The position numbers and the translations under genes are program-made. Positions 38,878 through 53,100 of a stretch of DNA of 64,000 nt are shown here, in pieces. Under the pieces are notes generated by a model. It was not told the DNA's origin. It ran no database searches and was given only the letters and a program-made list of their open reading frames with translations. Position 1 is the stretch's first letter, and each line of letters opens with the position of its first letter. The stretch comes from Lama glama (Eukaryota): assembly GCA_028534125.1 (NCBI GenBank), contig CM052818.1:44828001-44892000 (forward strand), written 5' to 3'.

Positions 38878-41800
38878 TAACCGCTCACACCGCAGATCCC
38901 GCGTCTGCCCACCCATCCGAGGGGGGAGGCCTCGCCCCACCCCGCCCAGCTTCCGGCAGCCGGGGCCCGGGTCGGAGACCAAACATTTCTGCGACTAAGT
39001 TCCAGGAGTAGAGACCCACCTTTGAGTCTTCCCTTCTCCCTCCTGGAGCTGGTGTCATCCCCAGCTGCCCTTTCTTGGAGCGCGGGGAGGAAGCACCCCT
39101 CTTCTTCCCTCCTGCCGTCTCGGTTTGGGGAGTAGGGATCTGCTGTCTTTCATACACCAGGCTAGCCCACTTGAAAGAGTGTCATGCTGCGTCTGGACGT
39201 GGGTCCAAGCGAGAGAGAAACTTGATGCAGTCCCTGTGGGGAGTACTCACCTGGGTACCTGACAAAGAATTGCCCTCCCTCTCTCCGTTTAGTCTGAAAT
39301 GTTGGAACATGGCTAAGGCTTTCCTGTTTTCAATTGTCTTTGAACATTAATAGTTGCAATTTAGTGCGTTTTAATTTCTGAAAATTTAATTTCCGAGATT
39401 ATTGCGTCAGAGCTAAAGAATCAGTCTGAATTGTAGAGTGGAATCAACCTCTTCTTTTCATTGTATCTTTTTCCTGAGATGGCCTTTGAAATCCAGATTA
39501 ATAGCCATGTAAAGTCTGCTAGTTGGCTTTGATTAAGAAAGGAACATGATTTACAAATTAGAAATGCATTGTAGTGTGCTTGTTTATTTCTTATTTTTGT
39601 TAGCATAGACTTGTATTTCACAGGCACTTTGATTAGTATGCAGTAGAGATGCATTTATGGGAAAAGGAGGTGTGGGTTTTTACCCTGGGCAGGAGAAAGA
39701 GAAAAAGAAGCCCTGGATATTAAGTTAATTCTGGAACGATTAGAATTCGGTAGTTGATTCTTGGATCCTTTGGATATACCCCACCAAAACTCCTGTTCAG
39801 TTTGCTCCCTTCTGGGAGAAACCTAGTGACCGACTACATGATGAGAAAAACTGTCTCCTCTCTTTCCAGTGAACTGACTGACTTTTCTTCAGGAGCCGTT
39901 GGTTATCCTTTGAGGTTTCTGGAATCATTTGCAGAGTGACTCAGTGCTGTTTGGCCAAAGTACAGGAACTGACTGAAGAGTGTCTTTTTCTGTATGATGC
40001 ACAGAATGTAGTGATGTACTGTAGATGTGTCTGACATCTTCCTACACTGAGTTTCACATTAGTGTGTTGTTTGTATGTTTTCACGGGAGCATGACACCCA
40101 GGAGAGTGTTTAGAAGTCTTCAATTGGGGGTAGGATGGGTTGCATGAAGGGCATAGCTTTTCCTAGGCCAGAGCAGAGACTCTGGGCTTCACTCCCAGCA
40201 TTTTCACTTTGGTATTTTGCTAGCAAAACTTTGACCTAAGGCCAGAAAGTTCAGTTAAAAATAGCACAGCAAATCTCAAGTATTTATCAGGTTTATATTC
40301 AATCTCAGATAGAAATTTTTTACACTTCACTTTCATCTCTTGTGTCTTTACTGATGTTAATCATAATTATTAGAGTTATTATGAGCTTGAGCCTAAGCTA
40401 TTTATGCATGGTAATGATCATGCATTCTTTCTTGTTAAAGTATTTTCTAAATTATTAAAATGAAGATTTTTTAAAAGGAAGCATTACACATGCTCAGTCT
40501 GGTCCATTCATTTATTGAGTGCCTAATACAGCCAAGACAGTTTACACTTTCATCAAGGTGACATATTACTGTTATGAAAATTGACATCAGATGCTGCTGG
40601 CTGAAGATTTTGCTTTTGCTGTTTTTTGCTGATTAACTATTACAATTCTGAGTTGCAGTAAATCTTATCGGGCCAAAAGTTGTCCTTTACTCTTTGAGAT
40701 TGCTGGTGCTTCTGTTGCAAATTGACAAGCTGAAATTTTTTTTAAACCATGTTATAGTAAGTTAACGTTAAATCATGCCTATTTCATTGTATGAAGTAGT
40801 AGAATGAATTAATTTTTTAAATTGTGGTAACATAAACATAAAGTTTACCATTTAAAATTGTATACTGCCTAAGATGACAAAAGTAAGAAGATTAAATATA
40901 CCAGAAGTTGCTGTATAATAGTTACTGTAGGCTAGGACTAGAAGTTAAAAAGTATTTGTAGGAAAAAAATGTTATGTGAGATAACATGTAAAGTACTTAA
41001 CTCGGTTCTTGGTACATGGCAGTGCTCATTAAATTTAGCTCGCTTCTGTGTGCATTTAGCATATTTTTAGGTAATTGCTTTAAATTTCCTTTGAAAAGGA
41101 AAATGGTTTTATTGGCAACTATTTCTTGCTATGAAATTTTGAATGAATAGCATTATCTTTTGATTTGCCATCAGAAAAGTGCTGGCAGTCATCAGGCATA
41201 GATAGAGCTGGATTCCAAGACTGTCAGTATAGAGACTAAATTGTCTTTTTTGTCTGCAGAGGCTCATTGCTTTATGTGGGTCCTTAAAATTAATCTGAAG
41301 AGAATATATCCTTTTAGTGGTTGGAGATTGTGAGTTGCCTAGTATTATTTAAAAACAGAGTTTTGCTTCTATAATATCTTCTTTTTTTTTTTTTTTTTTG
41401 GGAAAGGGTCTTCAGTAGTATGCTTTTGCAGTGTTTAAAGCATTTGGGTAAATACCCCTGTTTTGTTGTCAAGACTTAGCTTCTCGTACTCCTTACCCAA
41501 CTCTTACGTCTTACAGTAAGGAGAATTGTCCTGTAGTGTTAAGTTGGAGAAATGTTTTTCTAAAGGTCTATGCTTTTGCATTTTGATTTGTTTTATTTTT
41601 TGAAAGAGTAAATGGTTGTAATAACCTGAGGGGCTCAGGCTTGGATAAACCTTTCTATTATAAGACTGATATCAATTGGGGAAAGATGATTAAAAATTTA
41701 AGATTTTCAGTGACTTAGAATATAGAATGCGTTATTTGATTGATTTTATTATGCCTGCAAACTATATGAAAATATTTCTTATCATAGTACTTAGACTTTC

Positions 41801-42111
41801 AGTTTGGTGCTGGTTATTAGCCTAATTAAAATAAAATTGTATGTGCATTTTTTCCCCACTATGTAACGAGCATGAATATTATAAAGATACAGAAGTGAAG
41901 CAGAATAAAAATTGAGTTAGAGAAGTTTTATATGTGTTTTTCTTTTGTGAAATAAAGGTTGAGTATTTGTAGCATAAATGGGATTGCATTACTTTAAAAC
42001 TTCCATTTTGATGGTCAGAACATCTTTAAAGAAAATTAATTAGCTAGAGAGGTAAAAAAAAAGTAATGAATGGAACTTACTATTTAGGTGAAGTTAACCC
42101 CTTTGAAAGTA

Positions 42112-42410
42112 CAGGTCCATAGTCCCTCAACCATAGTTCTGATACACAGAGTTCTGAAAACCAAGTTTTGGGTAAAACTTACTTGATGTAACATCTGACC
42201 TGATCTGATGTTACAATATTATAGTCAATTTATCTCTTTTGGTGTAAGTAATAATAGCTTTCCTTGGAAAAATATGTGTTTGATTTCAGGGTGCTACCCC
42301 AGACTCCCAAGAGGGTTTTTGGGACTATACTGTATATAGCATTGTACTTTATTTCTATTCTAAAATCCAAAACAATTCTGAATTTGGAAACATCTTGCCC
42401 CAAGGTAAGG
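42112..42410. mobile_element. MER46C-like TcMar-Tigger MITE
   Basis: Starts TA|caggtccatagtccct. Internal 'tgtttgatttcagggtgctaccccagac' and 'aattctgaatttggaaacatcttgccccaagg' match MER46C as recalled. Confidence 0.75.
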
Positions 42411-42529
42411 CCAACATAGACTAAGTAAAGAAATGTAGATTTATGTACACCTTAAATACTTGTAAAGAAATAGTGGATAATTATCTTGAAGCCTGAGTTG
42501 TCGTTTTGGTTGTGTGCTGATCTGGTAGC

Positions 42530-44230
42530 TCTTTTCCCAGTTTGAATTATGAAATATTTGAAATATACTAAGAGAGTATAGCATGTGAATATGAATTATG
42601 GAGCATAAGGAAACAAACATTCATGAAATCACTGCTCAGGTTAATGAATAGATCACTAGCTTGTTCAAGTTACCTGTTCTGTTGCTGCTGCTGAATTCTT
42701 TCTTCCTGCATCCTCTCCCATCTGCTACCTGGAACATTTTTTTTTAAAAATCATTTCCTTGCTTTATTTAATAAATTACCACATTTGTATGTATCCCTAA
42801 ACAATGTTGTTTTAGTTTTGTATTTTTTAACTCTAGTAGGTTAACATTTCTATATATTCTTTTGTGACATGTTTTTTCACTCAAAGTTATGTTTCTAAGA
42901 TTCACCCACATTGTGCTTTATTAATATTTGCTGCTACTGTAAACTACAATATATTGCTCCAGTCTACTTGATGGATATTTAGATTCTTTTTCTTTTTTTT
43001 TTTTTTTTGCTGTCATGGGAAGTGTTGTGATCATTCTTGGAGCCCATGTGAAGTTTCTGGAGGCTGGGATGTATATCTAGGAGTGGAACTGATGGGCTTT
43101 AAGAAATGCTGTGTTCAGCTTAACAGAGTACTAAATAAAGTTTAAAATTTTCCACACCCCTTCTCTTGGAGTCAGTTATGCTTTAAAAAAAGTTTTTTTT
43201 TATGCTAAAGGTTACTTTTGCCTCTTCTAGAATTTCATATAAATGGAATCCTGTGTAGCATAAATTCTTTTATATCTGGGTTCTTTAGTTCAGCATAAGT
43301 TTTGAGATTGATCCATGTTATTGTATGTGTATCAGCAGTTTGTTCCCTTTTTTAATTGCTAAGTTGTATTCCATTATATGTATAAACCACAATTTGTGAG
43401 CCATCTTTTGTTAATGGATGCCTGAGCTGTTTTCAGTTTTTGTCTATTATGTATGATATACTTTGGCTCTTAATAAAGCTTTCTGTGAACAATCTTATAA
43501 TAAGTCTTTGTGAGGACATGTTTTCATTTCTCTTCAGTAAATACCTAGTAGTGGAATTACTAGATCATAGGGTAGGTATATGTTTGGTTTTTAAAAAACT
43601 GTCAGATCTTTTCACAAAGTGGTCATTTTACATTCCCACAGCAGTGTATGAGAGTTCCAGTTCCTCCCCAACACTGAGTCTTTTAAATTTTAGCTGTTCT
43701 GTGGGTGAGTAGTGGTATTTTGTGATTTTAGTTTGCATTTCCCTGATGACTAATGATGTACTTTTTTGTGCACTTAACTGGCAATTTATATATCTTCTTT
43801 TTTTTTTTTACATTTTTTATTGATTCATAATCATTTTACAGTGTTGTGTCAAATTTATATATCTTCTTTTATGAAACATCTGTTCAGATTTCTTTCCCGT
43901 TTGAAAAGTGCATTGTTTTTGAGTTTTATAAAAAAACTTGTCTAAAAAATTAAAATGTAAAAAGTAAAATTACACTGTATATGCGCTTTGTCATTTTTTT
44001 ACACTTAATGAATAATAGAAGCTTTTATTTAGTCAAATTTATTAGTCTTCTCACTGTAGAGTGATTTCTGGCTTAGATGTCATGCTTAGGACATTTTTCA
44101 TTATCAAGATTATGACATAGACCTGAATTTTCTATTAGTTCTCTAATGGTTTTATTTTTAATGTTTTTTTATTCCATTTGGAATTCTGATGGAAAGTACG
44201 AAGTAGGGGTACAAAGTATGAAGTAGGAGA
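42530..44230 (-). mobile_element. Composite L1M (MB/ME) relics, antisense to ROCK2
   Basis: 'ttctagaatttcatataaatggaatc', 'gtattccattatatg', 'ttttacattcccacagcagtgtatgagagttcc', 'tttgcatttccctgatgactaatgatg'. Confidence 0.8.
43802..43851 (-). mobile_element. ~50-bp L1 3'-terminal insertion with TSD
   Basis: Poly-T plus 'acattttttattgattcataatcattttacagtgttgtgtca', flanked by a perfect 19-bp duplication aatttatatatcttctttt at 43783-43801 and 43852-43870. Confidence 0.8.
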
Positions 44231-44446
44231 TTTGTCTAAGTGTTAAAATTATTGGAGTATTTGGGAGCCTCTGTTTATATCTTCATATTGTCATGTAACT
44301 TCCTATTTGGAGAGTGGTGCTTAGGGGAAAAGAGGGTAATGATTATGGATTTGCTCTTCATTTGGGCTTCTTGAATTTCTTCATGGAAATTATAACTCAA
44401 ATCTATACTTAAAATCCTGTTCTGTGCTAATGCCTCCACCCCCTAT

Positions 44447-44520
44447 TTATATATGTGTATACACACACACACACACACACAGACATACACACACACATAT
44501 ATATATGTGTATATATATAT
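44447..44520. repeat. Compound (TA)n/(CA)n microsatellite
   Basis: tatatatgtgtat-acacacacacacacacacac-agacatacacacacacatatatatatgtgtatatatatat. Confidence 0.9.
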
Positions 44521-46169
44521 GAGCTGCTAGTGATAAGGGTTACTGGTGAAGAGAATGTCGATGACTCAGAGCGACTTACTATATAGCTTTTGGGGAAAAA
44601 AACACAAAATAACATTTTCCATTGGTAGGCAGCTTTTTATATAAAGCTTAATATTTAAACTGATGGGAAATCATGGGTGGCATTTGGGACTCTACCAAAC
44701 TGTCTTTTCTCACTTTATTCGTGATTGGAGTCATTTTCCTTTCCTCTTATCTGTCATCTGTACTTTTTTATTTTCCTTTAAAGTATGACTAAATTATAGA
44801 GATATATTTGTAAATTCTGCAGCTGAGTGTCCCAAATGACCCTCACTTACCTTTTTTGGATAACATTTGGATCAGTATAGTTAGCATTTCTGTGTGTGTT
44901 GTATATATGAGAGAGACAAAGACGGACAGAAAGGAAGTATTGAGGTTCATTTTGGTTGATCATTGGTAATCTTTTTGGGAAAATTTCTAAGTCCAAGAAT
45001 GATTATATGGTTTGTTGCTTCACTTTGGTAAGGTATGAGTTGTTTAGGTATCTGATATCTCAAGTGCTTTATAATTTTTTCTTTTTTTGGTTATAGTTAA
45101 CTGATCACTTAATGGAACTTGTTGTCTAATTTCCTTTATTCTCCAAAAGAGTTTCAGACTCTTTTAGTTATAAAGCATCTGATAGAAATTTTCTTTATTT
45201 TCAAGAGATTACAGACTTGGAATTAATTTCTAACACATCATAATTGGGATTGTTTTTTATGCCATGGAAATGAATAGCAGGGCCTCCTAATACTTTATTT
45301 AAGGTAGAAACAGAGCAGAGAAGGATTGGCATTATCTTAATCACCTGGATGATTGTGATGAGGAATTCTTAAGATAACTAAATGTTGTCTTGTGTACTTC
45401 TTGGTTTTTTAGTTTATTTAGTAGACAGAATACAAGCTCTTTTAGGACTTGGGTCTTTTTTGTCTTTCTCTTATGTCCTGTAAATGTTTGCTGAATGAAT
45501 TAACAATTCTTTTTTAAGTAACAGGAGTGATAACCTGTATAATTATATCCCTGCTTGAAGAGATACTAATATATTCCCTATGTAAACATTTTGATATATG
45601 TTCTTGTCACTTACTTCTTGTCTGTCTATAGGAAGGAAGATAAATAAACATCTGTATAAGCAGAGGATGGGTTTGGGTGGTAAAATTAATTGGAAGTCAA
45701 GCAGGAAAAGTGAATTGTGGTTTGAATATTTATGGATTGTGCTGAATCAGTTTGTCTTGGAAAAGATTTAAGCTAGTTTTATTTAGTGTTTTTGGTGAAG
45801 TAAAAATAGCTCTTGTGGGCTGAACAGCCTTTATCATTTATCATGTGTCTTCTGTTCCACATACCCCCTAACTTTTCCTCTGGTTAAACATATCCAGTTC
45901 CTTCTTATGTACCTAGGTGATGCCTGTGTTGAAACAGTGCTACATGAGTAAGATCAGATGAAATGCTGAGTGTTTGCAGGGTTAAATTCCTTAAAATGGC
46001 ACATTGACTGTTATTCATAGTAAGGCAATATTTGTTAACAAAATTAAAAACAGAGCCAAAGGGCGTGAAGATTTTGATCAGGAATCAGGGGTGTTTCTTA
46101 TTACAAGTCACTATGAATGACTGTTTTGAAAACTTTTCAGATGTTGTGAAGCATTCTGATTACTAGCCC

Positions 46170-46680
46170 TAGCGCCAGCCCCAGCCAACCACTCATTCTG
46201 TTTTGGTTTTATAATTTTTTCTTTTTTGAAAATTCCATACAAGTAGAATCATATACGGTCGTTTGTTCTGTCTTCTTACCCTTAGCGTAATGTTTTTGAG
46301 GTTCATCTGTATTGTAGCATATATCAATATCTTGTTCTTTTAAATTGCTGAATAATACTCCATTGTATAGATGTACCACATTTTGTTTATGAATTCATTG
46401 TAATGTTTTTATTTCTCTTGGCTAGATTTCAAGGAGTGGGATTGCTGGGTCATATGGTAAGCTTATGCTTAAGTTTTAAGAAGTGAACAAAGTCTTTTCC
46501 AAAGAGGCTGTACCATTTTACATTCCAGCCAGCAGTGTATGAGGGTTCAATTGTCCCCCCATCCTCAGAGAACACTCGATATGGCCTGTCTTTGTGATTA
46601 TAGCTATTGTAGTGCATTTTACTAATGACAGATGATGCTGAGCACTATTTCATGTGCTTGTTAATTTTGCTTGTTCTTTT
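46170..46680 (-). mobile_element. L1MB-type fragment, antisense
   Basis: 'ttgctgaataatactccattgtatagatgtaccacatttt', 'gggattgctgggtcatatggtaa', 'ttccaaagaggctgtaccattttacattcc'. Confidence 0.8.
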
Positions 46681-48259
46681 GATTTTTACTAATGTACCAT
46701 GAGTGTGATCTAGTAAAAGTAGTTTCATTTTGTATGCCAATAACAATGTTTAAAAATAGAATACAGATAAATACAGATCACAGCCCCTTTGTAAGTGGAA
46801 TTATCCTACTGACTAGCATCTCCACCTGAAAGGCCTGTTTATTACTAGGCTTTTTAAATTTTAAACCTTGTTATGGTACCTTTTTCTTCCACGTAACGAC
46901 TGAGCATTGGTGCGCTGTGTATTCCCTGTAATGGCAGTGGAGTCACTACTAGTTGGATTATTTCTAAGCTCTAGGTAAAGTTGAAGTACTTCTGATTTAA
47001 ACAACGGCCTTTAAACGTTTCTCCATTCTGCCTGTGCTCATCTTTCTTTTTTTGATTATTTTGAGCATGTTGAGTAAGCTTATAAACTTATTTCTCTCTT
47101 CTTGACCCGTCATTTATCTTTATACTTCTCTGCTCTAATGGATTAGGAAACAAGTCTTAGTATTAATTTAGTAACTTGGTTCCTATGAGGGTAGATCAGT
47201 AACTTCTGGTGTTTAAAATACTATGTATTACACTTGGCTTTTGGCTTATACTTTTGAGTACTCATCTGAATTTAGCATATAGATACAAATGTTGCCTCTT
47301 CTTGTTCTCAGGTGCCATTAGATATTGTCTTGTGGGAATTACATTGTGTGCAAAGTTCTTGAACTTAACCAAAATACAGTGTTCTTTTCAGATGCTGCCT
47401 TATTTGTACTTTCTGTATCAGGATATGACCCTCTGTTTTGCCTTGTATTTCAGTATGATTCCTTTAGAAATCATGCTAAAAGTATGTTTATTAAAACTGA
47501 AGTTTTTCCTTTAGCTTTAGTTTAGATGATTGTATTTTTTTGAGTTTTTATTAAAGATAACCACATGTGACTGTTTTGAGCAGTGAAGGAAAAATTTAGG
47601 AAATAGTTCTTTTACTGTTTAAGATGTTTTACTAAATTAAAGATGAATTTAAAAAATTTGGGGTTGTAGTGGTACCTATTTTTCTGAAAGGAAAGTACAC
47701 TAGCACAGTTGTCATAAACTTTGAGGCCTGCAAGATGTAGTGAATTGTGTTTTTTTTACATTGAAACTGCAAAAATATTTTAAGTATTGAATGTCTAAAC
47801 ATTAGTATGATTTTTCAAAATGCTTCATCTTTTTGGGATAACTTATTGAGTTACAGTTTTTGGCACTTTAGCCTTTTTTATACATTGAATAAATATGACT
47901 ATATTTTATTGTGTTACATAGTGGATAAAAATCAGATTGAAGTTGAATGTTAAAAATGGTGTGTTATGGTTGACTAGTTTGCCTTTGATGAAGAAATCAA
48001 GATTTAAAATTTTCTTCTTTGTGGACCATTAGATTTCATCAAGTGCTGTTAACAGGTCACATAACCAGCATCCATGGAAATTAGTAAAGAATAGAGAAAA
48101 AGATACCAAAATTATGATTTTCTTTTGGGGAAATAAGAGTACCAAGTCAGAAATTGGGGAAAGAGATAATGCAAAATGTAATGTTAATATTAATAACAAT
48201 ATTCTAACTATTCTAAATTTAGAAAAATTTGTTTGGAGTTAACAGAATATTTGGAGTTT

Positions 48260-48365
48260 CTTTTTTTTCCCCTTCCTTTCCCCTTAATGGAGGCACTGGA
48301 GAGTGAACCCAAGACCTGTGCACGCCAAACATGTGCTCTACTACTGAGATGTACTCCCCACCCCC
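48260..48365 (-). mobile_element. Short, older tRNA-derived SINE
   Basis: tggaggcactggagagtgaacccaagacctgtgcacgccaaacatgtgctctactactgagatgtactcccc. Lacks the 'aaacctaattacctc' tail. Degenerate TSD ttg(g/a)agtt. Confidence 0.75.
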
Positions 48366-48762
48366 TTGAAGTTGTTTTTAAATATCTAATACATGAAGTC
48401 TGAACTTTTGTATTGGCTTCTCCACTATTATATTTCCCAAAATATAATGACTGAAATTAATGTGCAAGTGAAATGATGAATTTTTTCCCTGAATTTTAGA
48501 TACATGTTATGATCCCATATAGGTTGCATTCAACATGAAACAATTTTTGTGTGTGTGTTATGTTCTTTGAAAAAGGTAACCTTAAGCTTTAATATAGTAA
48601 ATGCACTGAAAAAATTTCTCTACTGGATTAAAATAAAAAGGAAAAGAATATATATATCTGGAAATTTAAAAACGTAATACGAGTATAACTTAGGTTTTGC
48701 CTCTCAGAGGTCATTTGAGTTAAGATTTTTCTAATCTGTATCTGCTGAAGTCAATAGTTAAG

Positions 48763-48940
48763 GCAGTGATTTCCAAACCTTGCTGTACATAGGGCTCAAC
48801 TGGAGATTTTTAGAAATATCGATGGCTGGATTCCACTCTCAGACATTCTAATATAATTGGTATGGGGTGTGACCTGGGAAATCAGGAGTTTTAGACATTC
48901 TGCAGCTGATTCTCAAGTGCAGGAAGGTGTGGGAACCAGA
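48763..48940. mobile_element. MER5-like hAT-Charlie MITE
   Basis: 'cagtgatttccaaaccttgctgtacatag...ttctaatataattggtatggggtgtgacctggg...gctgattctcaagtgcag...gggaacca'. Confidence 0.65.
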
Positions 48941-49084
48941 GCTGAGAGGTGCAATATTGTAATTCAAGATTGGCAGAGGGACCGTTGAGTCCAAAATGTA
49001 TCTGAGAAAAGGATAATTTTCCCCCTTCCTTTATTTTTGTGGTTTGCAGGGGCTCAGATGAAGCCAGCAAGTTAGATTATCTGA

Positions 49085-49225
49085 TGGAAGCCAGAATCAC
49101 ATCTGGGGTGCTTGGTGGAAATGGTGTCAGATCTTCTGATTCAGATGGTCTGTAGTGGAGCCATAAATTTGCATTTAAATAAGCACTTCAGGTCAATCTG
49201 CAGGTTGAAGTTTGAGAAACACTGT
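49085..49225. mobile_element. MER5-like hAT-Charlie MITE
   Basis: 'cagaatcacatctggggtgcttg...ttctgattcagatggtctg...tttgcatttaaataagcac...gtttgagaaacactg'. Confidence 0.65.
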
Positions 49226-50004
49226 AGGTGTTGTTTCTTACACTGACTAATTGGAAAAACCAAAAATAAATAATTGAGATCTTTGGCACCCAGAATTGTA
49301 TATGTGGAAAAGTCTGGCATATGGAGAGATGCCAGATTTTCTGAAATAGCAAGAGTCATCACATTTTTTATCTTTTTTTAACGCTCCATAGGAATTAGAC
49401 CAAGGCTGTTCTTTTTCTTATTTTAGAATAAAATTTAGTTTGCTGAGCTTTTCTGATGAGAGAATCAGACAAGATACACCAAATAGAAATGAAAAAAAAA
49501 TTGTGATACAGGATACATAATATAAAATTGCAATGTAGAAGTTTTTTATTGCATCTTACACTTCTGTGGGAAATATAGTCTACAGAGACTTACTGTCCTA
49601 GAAATATATAATTTTGACATTTCGCATTTAACAATTTACAATGGGAGAATAGTGAGTTTTTCAGTTACTGACAGTTGGTTTAATTCAGGAAGAAACATTT
49701 CATTAGAAATATATGGCCCTTCAGAGAATAGCAGCTAAAGCAGGATGGTGTTTGTGATTTTATCTGTGTTAAAAATAAATAAATAAATAAAGACATTAAA
49801 GAATTATTTTGTGGTCTCTTTACAAGCAAGCAAAAAATATTGTAAAATATTTAAAATCCTTTTATTAAACTATTTTGAGATTTTACTTTCAAAGCAGCCT
49901 TCAAGTTATTGGCTACATTGATAGTCATCTTATTAACATGTTACTGTCTAGATTTTTTAAAAATACACATTCTTTGCAATTATTTCTTTTCACATCCTTT
50001 TTGA

Positions 50005-50181
50005 AATACTTTTTTTTAATAGCTTTCTGTTTTATTTATTATTTAATTATTATTATTTTTTTATTTTGGTGGGGGGAGGTAACTAGGTTTATTTATTTTT
50101 AGAGGAGGTACTGGGGCTTGAACCCAGGACCTCATGCATGCTAAGCAAGCGCTCTACCACTTGAGCTATACCCTCCCCCCC
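50005..50181 (-). mobile_element. tRNA-Ala-derived SINE (Vic-1-like), young
   Basis: Near-intact head. Perfect 15-bp TSD tcacatcctttttga at 49990-50004 and 50182-50196. Confidence 0.93.
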
Positions 50182-53100
50182 TCACATCCTTTTTGATTAG
50201 AGAAAACCAGATGATTCATGGACAGTGGATAAGATGTCCATATTTTTGATTCACTAAAATTTGTATATCAGATCTCCTGCTCTTTGGCCATTTTAATTTT
50301 GGTGGTTAAGGAATGTGTGCATATTTAAGAAATTTGAAAATTAAAATTTGCTTCTATTGATTCTTGTGATAATACTTACAGCTTTTAGAGGAATAGCAAT
50401 TGTGATTTTTTGTTTTTGTGTGTGTGTGATTAGAATCCCTATTCCATAATGCCTCAGTATTGCACAAGATGCTCCAGTGTTTGTAAATGTTTGACAAAAT
50501 GCAATTTAATTTGAGGCTTCATGATTCCTTATGCTATATCCATGCTAAAAAGAATTCTAAGGCATTATTTCTGACTAGCTTAAGTGGAATGTACAATTCA
50601 TTATTGCAAAATTTAAAATTAGAGTATGAATGTGTTTTGTTAATGTTATATTCAGGCTAGTGAAAAATTTAGTCATAAAAGCAAGATATTACATTATAAA
50701 AGAATGAGAAAACTCAGCTAAAGGATTTTGCTGGTAGTTCTGAAAAGCAATTTCTGCTGCATGCATATTTTTGTACAAAAGAGAGGCTGTAAAATTACAA
50801 CTTTTGATGGCATTACTGAAAACAGATTTGTTTTCCACATTTAAGACATTTCCATAACAGGAGAACAAGGGATGATACAAATAAAACTAAATTTAGAACT
50901 AATAAAAGGAAACTCTAGTACAAAATTGGCTTATGAAATTTCCTTCAGAGGGAAGTCATGAAGTAAAACACTGAATAAACTTTTAAGAAGTTAATTAACT
51001 GATTTTTTTGGTGGGCGGAGCTGTAGATAGAGGGACGGTTATAAGTTTTAGCATAAGGAACTTTTGTCTTTCAAGGTGATATGGAGAATGTAAGTTCCTG
51101 GCATAGTGTTTTACTGTGTTTTTTTTCCTTACTTACTATAAACAGAATTTTTCAGTTTGGTTCAAGTTACAACAAATCTGTGAAATAAAAGTTTTTAAAA
51201 ACCTGAATGATGGCCTGCTTATTTCAAATCATTTTCTAGAGTTGAATTCTATTAAAATAAGCCATAAAAGGGATCCTGTTTAACCTGTATTAGAAGTCTG
51301 TATATATGCATGATTGTTTTAAGTTGCTGATCTCTTCATTTCAAATGCATTTTAGATACCCTGCATTTGTACCCTTCTCCTTCATGATTACTTTTCTTGT
51401 TTCTAGTTGTGGCCCTTTTCTTTTTTTACCTGGAGAAATTCCTTTAACATTTGTTGTAAAGCTGGTTTGGTGGTGCTGAATTTTCTAGGCTTTGTTTATC
51501 TAACCTATATTAATATATGAAAATACAAATTAATTTTTTTCTTAGGATTTTTTTTTGTCTAAAATAATTAAGATGGAAAAAATGAGATGGCTTGATTATT
51601 TTCAAGAGAAGCAGAGAAGTGTAATGGAAAGATTACTGGATTTAGAGTCAGAAGCCTGGTATTAATTAATTAGATGTTTTATTAATTATCTTCTTGATCT
51701 TGAGTGATAATTTACAAGACTGTATCTGTCTACCTCAAAGGGATATAAGATTAAATTCAGTGAGAAACTACCTATATGTGCTAGTGTTCTATAAACTATA
51801 CAGAACTTTAGCTTTTTTATAAGCAGTTGAAGAACTAACGGTAAAACAGCCTATGTTGTGTATGTCTCTGTCTTCCAAAAGAAATTTGCATACAGGATCA
51901 GTCTCCTGATGTTAGCCTGTTTTTTTCCCAAAAAGGTAGCACATTACTTTGCACATACTTGGTTCTCTAAAATATTGAATCAATGAATGAAAACTAGTTG
52001 GCATTTTTATTTTATTTTATTTTTTTGGGCATTTTTATTTTTTAATTTACTGAGGTTAATTAGTTGCATTGGGTTAATATTTGCTTATATTCAGTTTTTG
52101 GATTATTTTATTGCACTGCAAATAAACTTTTCCCCAGCTGATATTTATTCTTTTTCGGTGGGTAGGATACTGAACTACCAAAACAGTCTAGGGTTCTTAT
52201 GTAATGTAAAATTTCAGAAATCCTGACATAACTGTGAGGAAAAGTCATGACAGAACTGTTAAATCTGCATTATACACTTGCAAAAATATTAGTTAGGCTT
52301 TGTATAAGGTTTAAAGGAGCATTTGGGTTGTACCAACAGTTTTTTATCTATGTCTTGAATTTAGCAACTTTTAGCTTACATTTACTAGCAAGGGTAAGTT
52401 TAGGAACAACTATGAAGAATAGTTTGGAAATGCAAACTTCAGATGTTATGCTGTATTACCTCTGATACAGATTCTGGTCTTTTGGCACATCAGGGTGATT
52501 ATAATTTTATCATGTAGAGAAATATATACATGTAGCATAATAGTATATGATGTGGTCATTCTGCATTGATGGCTACTATAATCAGTAACTGATTTTCTTG
52601 GGTCATGTAATTTCAAAGCTGATTTTGGGGTTTAGGATCTGGTAACTTGCATAAGTCCACCGTTTAACAACCTCATGAAATTAGGATTTGTGTTTCTACA
52701 GGCTAGGACAACGGGTTGGTATTCAGGCATAATTTAAAATAAGTATGAGGAGAGTCCTGATGGTAGCCGCTGTTATGGTGATACATGATACACTTTCCTT
52801 GTTGTGGCATTTATGAATTAGAAAATAAATTGTCTATTTTTATTTAATTTTTGAACATTTTATTGGTTTTTCACTGAAAAACTTCAGTCAAGAGACTTTA
52901 GCATAGACTGTTTTCTATCTTGTGTTTCATCTCTATGCTTAGGTGCCTATATCTCTGTCTTCCTAATAGCAGGGCAGAGTCTTGGTGGGGTTTATGGCTC
53001 ACAGATGATTGGCTTTGGGGGACAGAGCCTTATCTTCAGAGATGTGAAAAGGAAGAGAATGAGCAGGACCAGTCATTCTTTCACTGATAAGTGAATACAG

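Noticed and set aside
44193..44227. Short direct repeat aaagta(c/t)gaagtagg x2
   Set aside because: A small local duplication at the edge of an L1 relic, with no sign of function.
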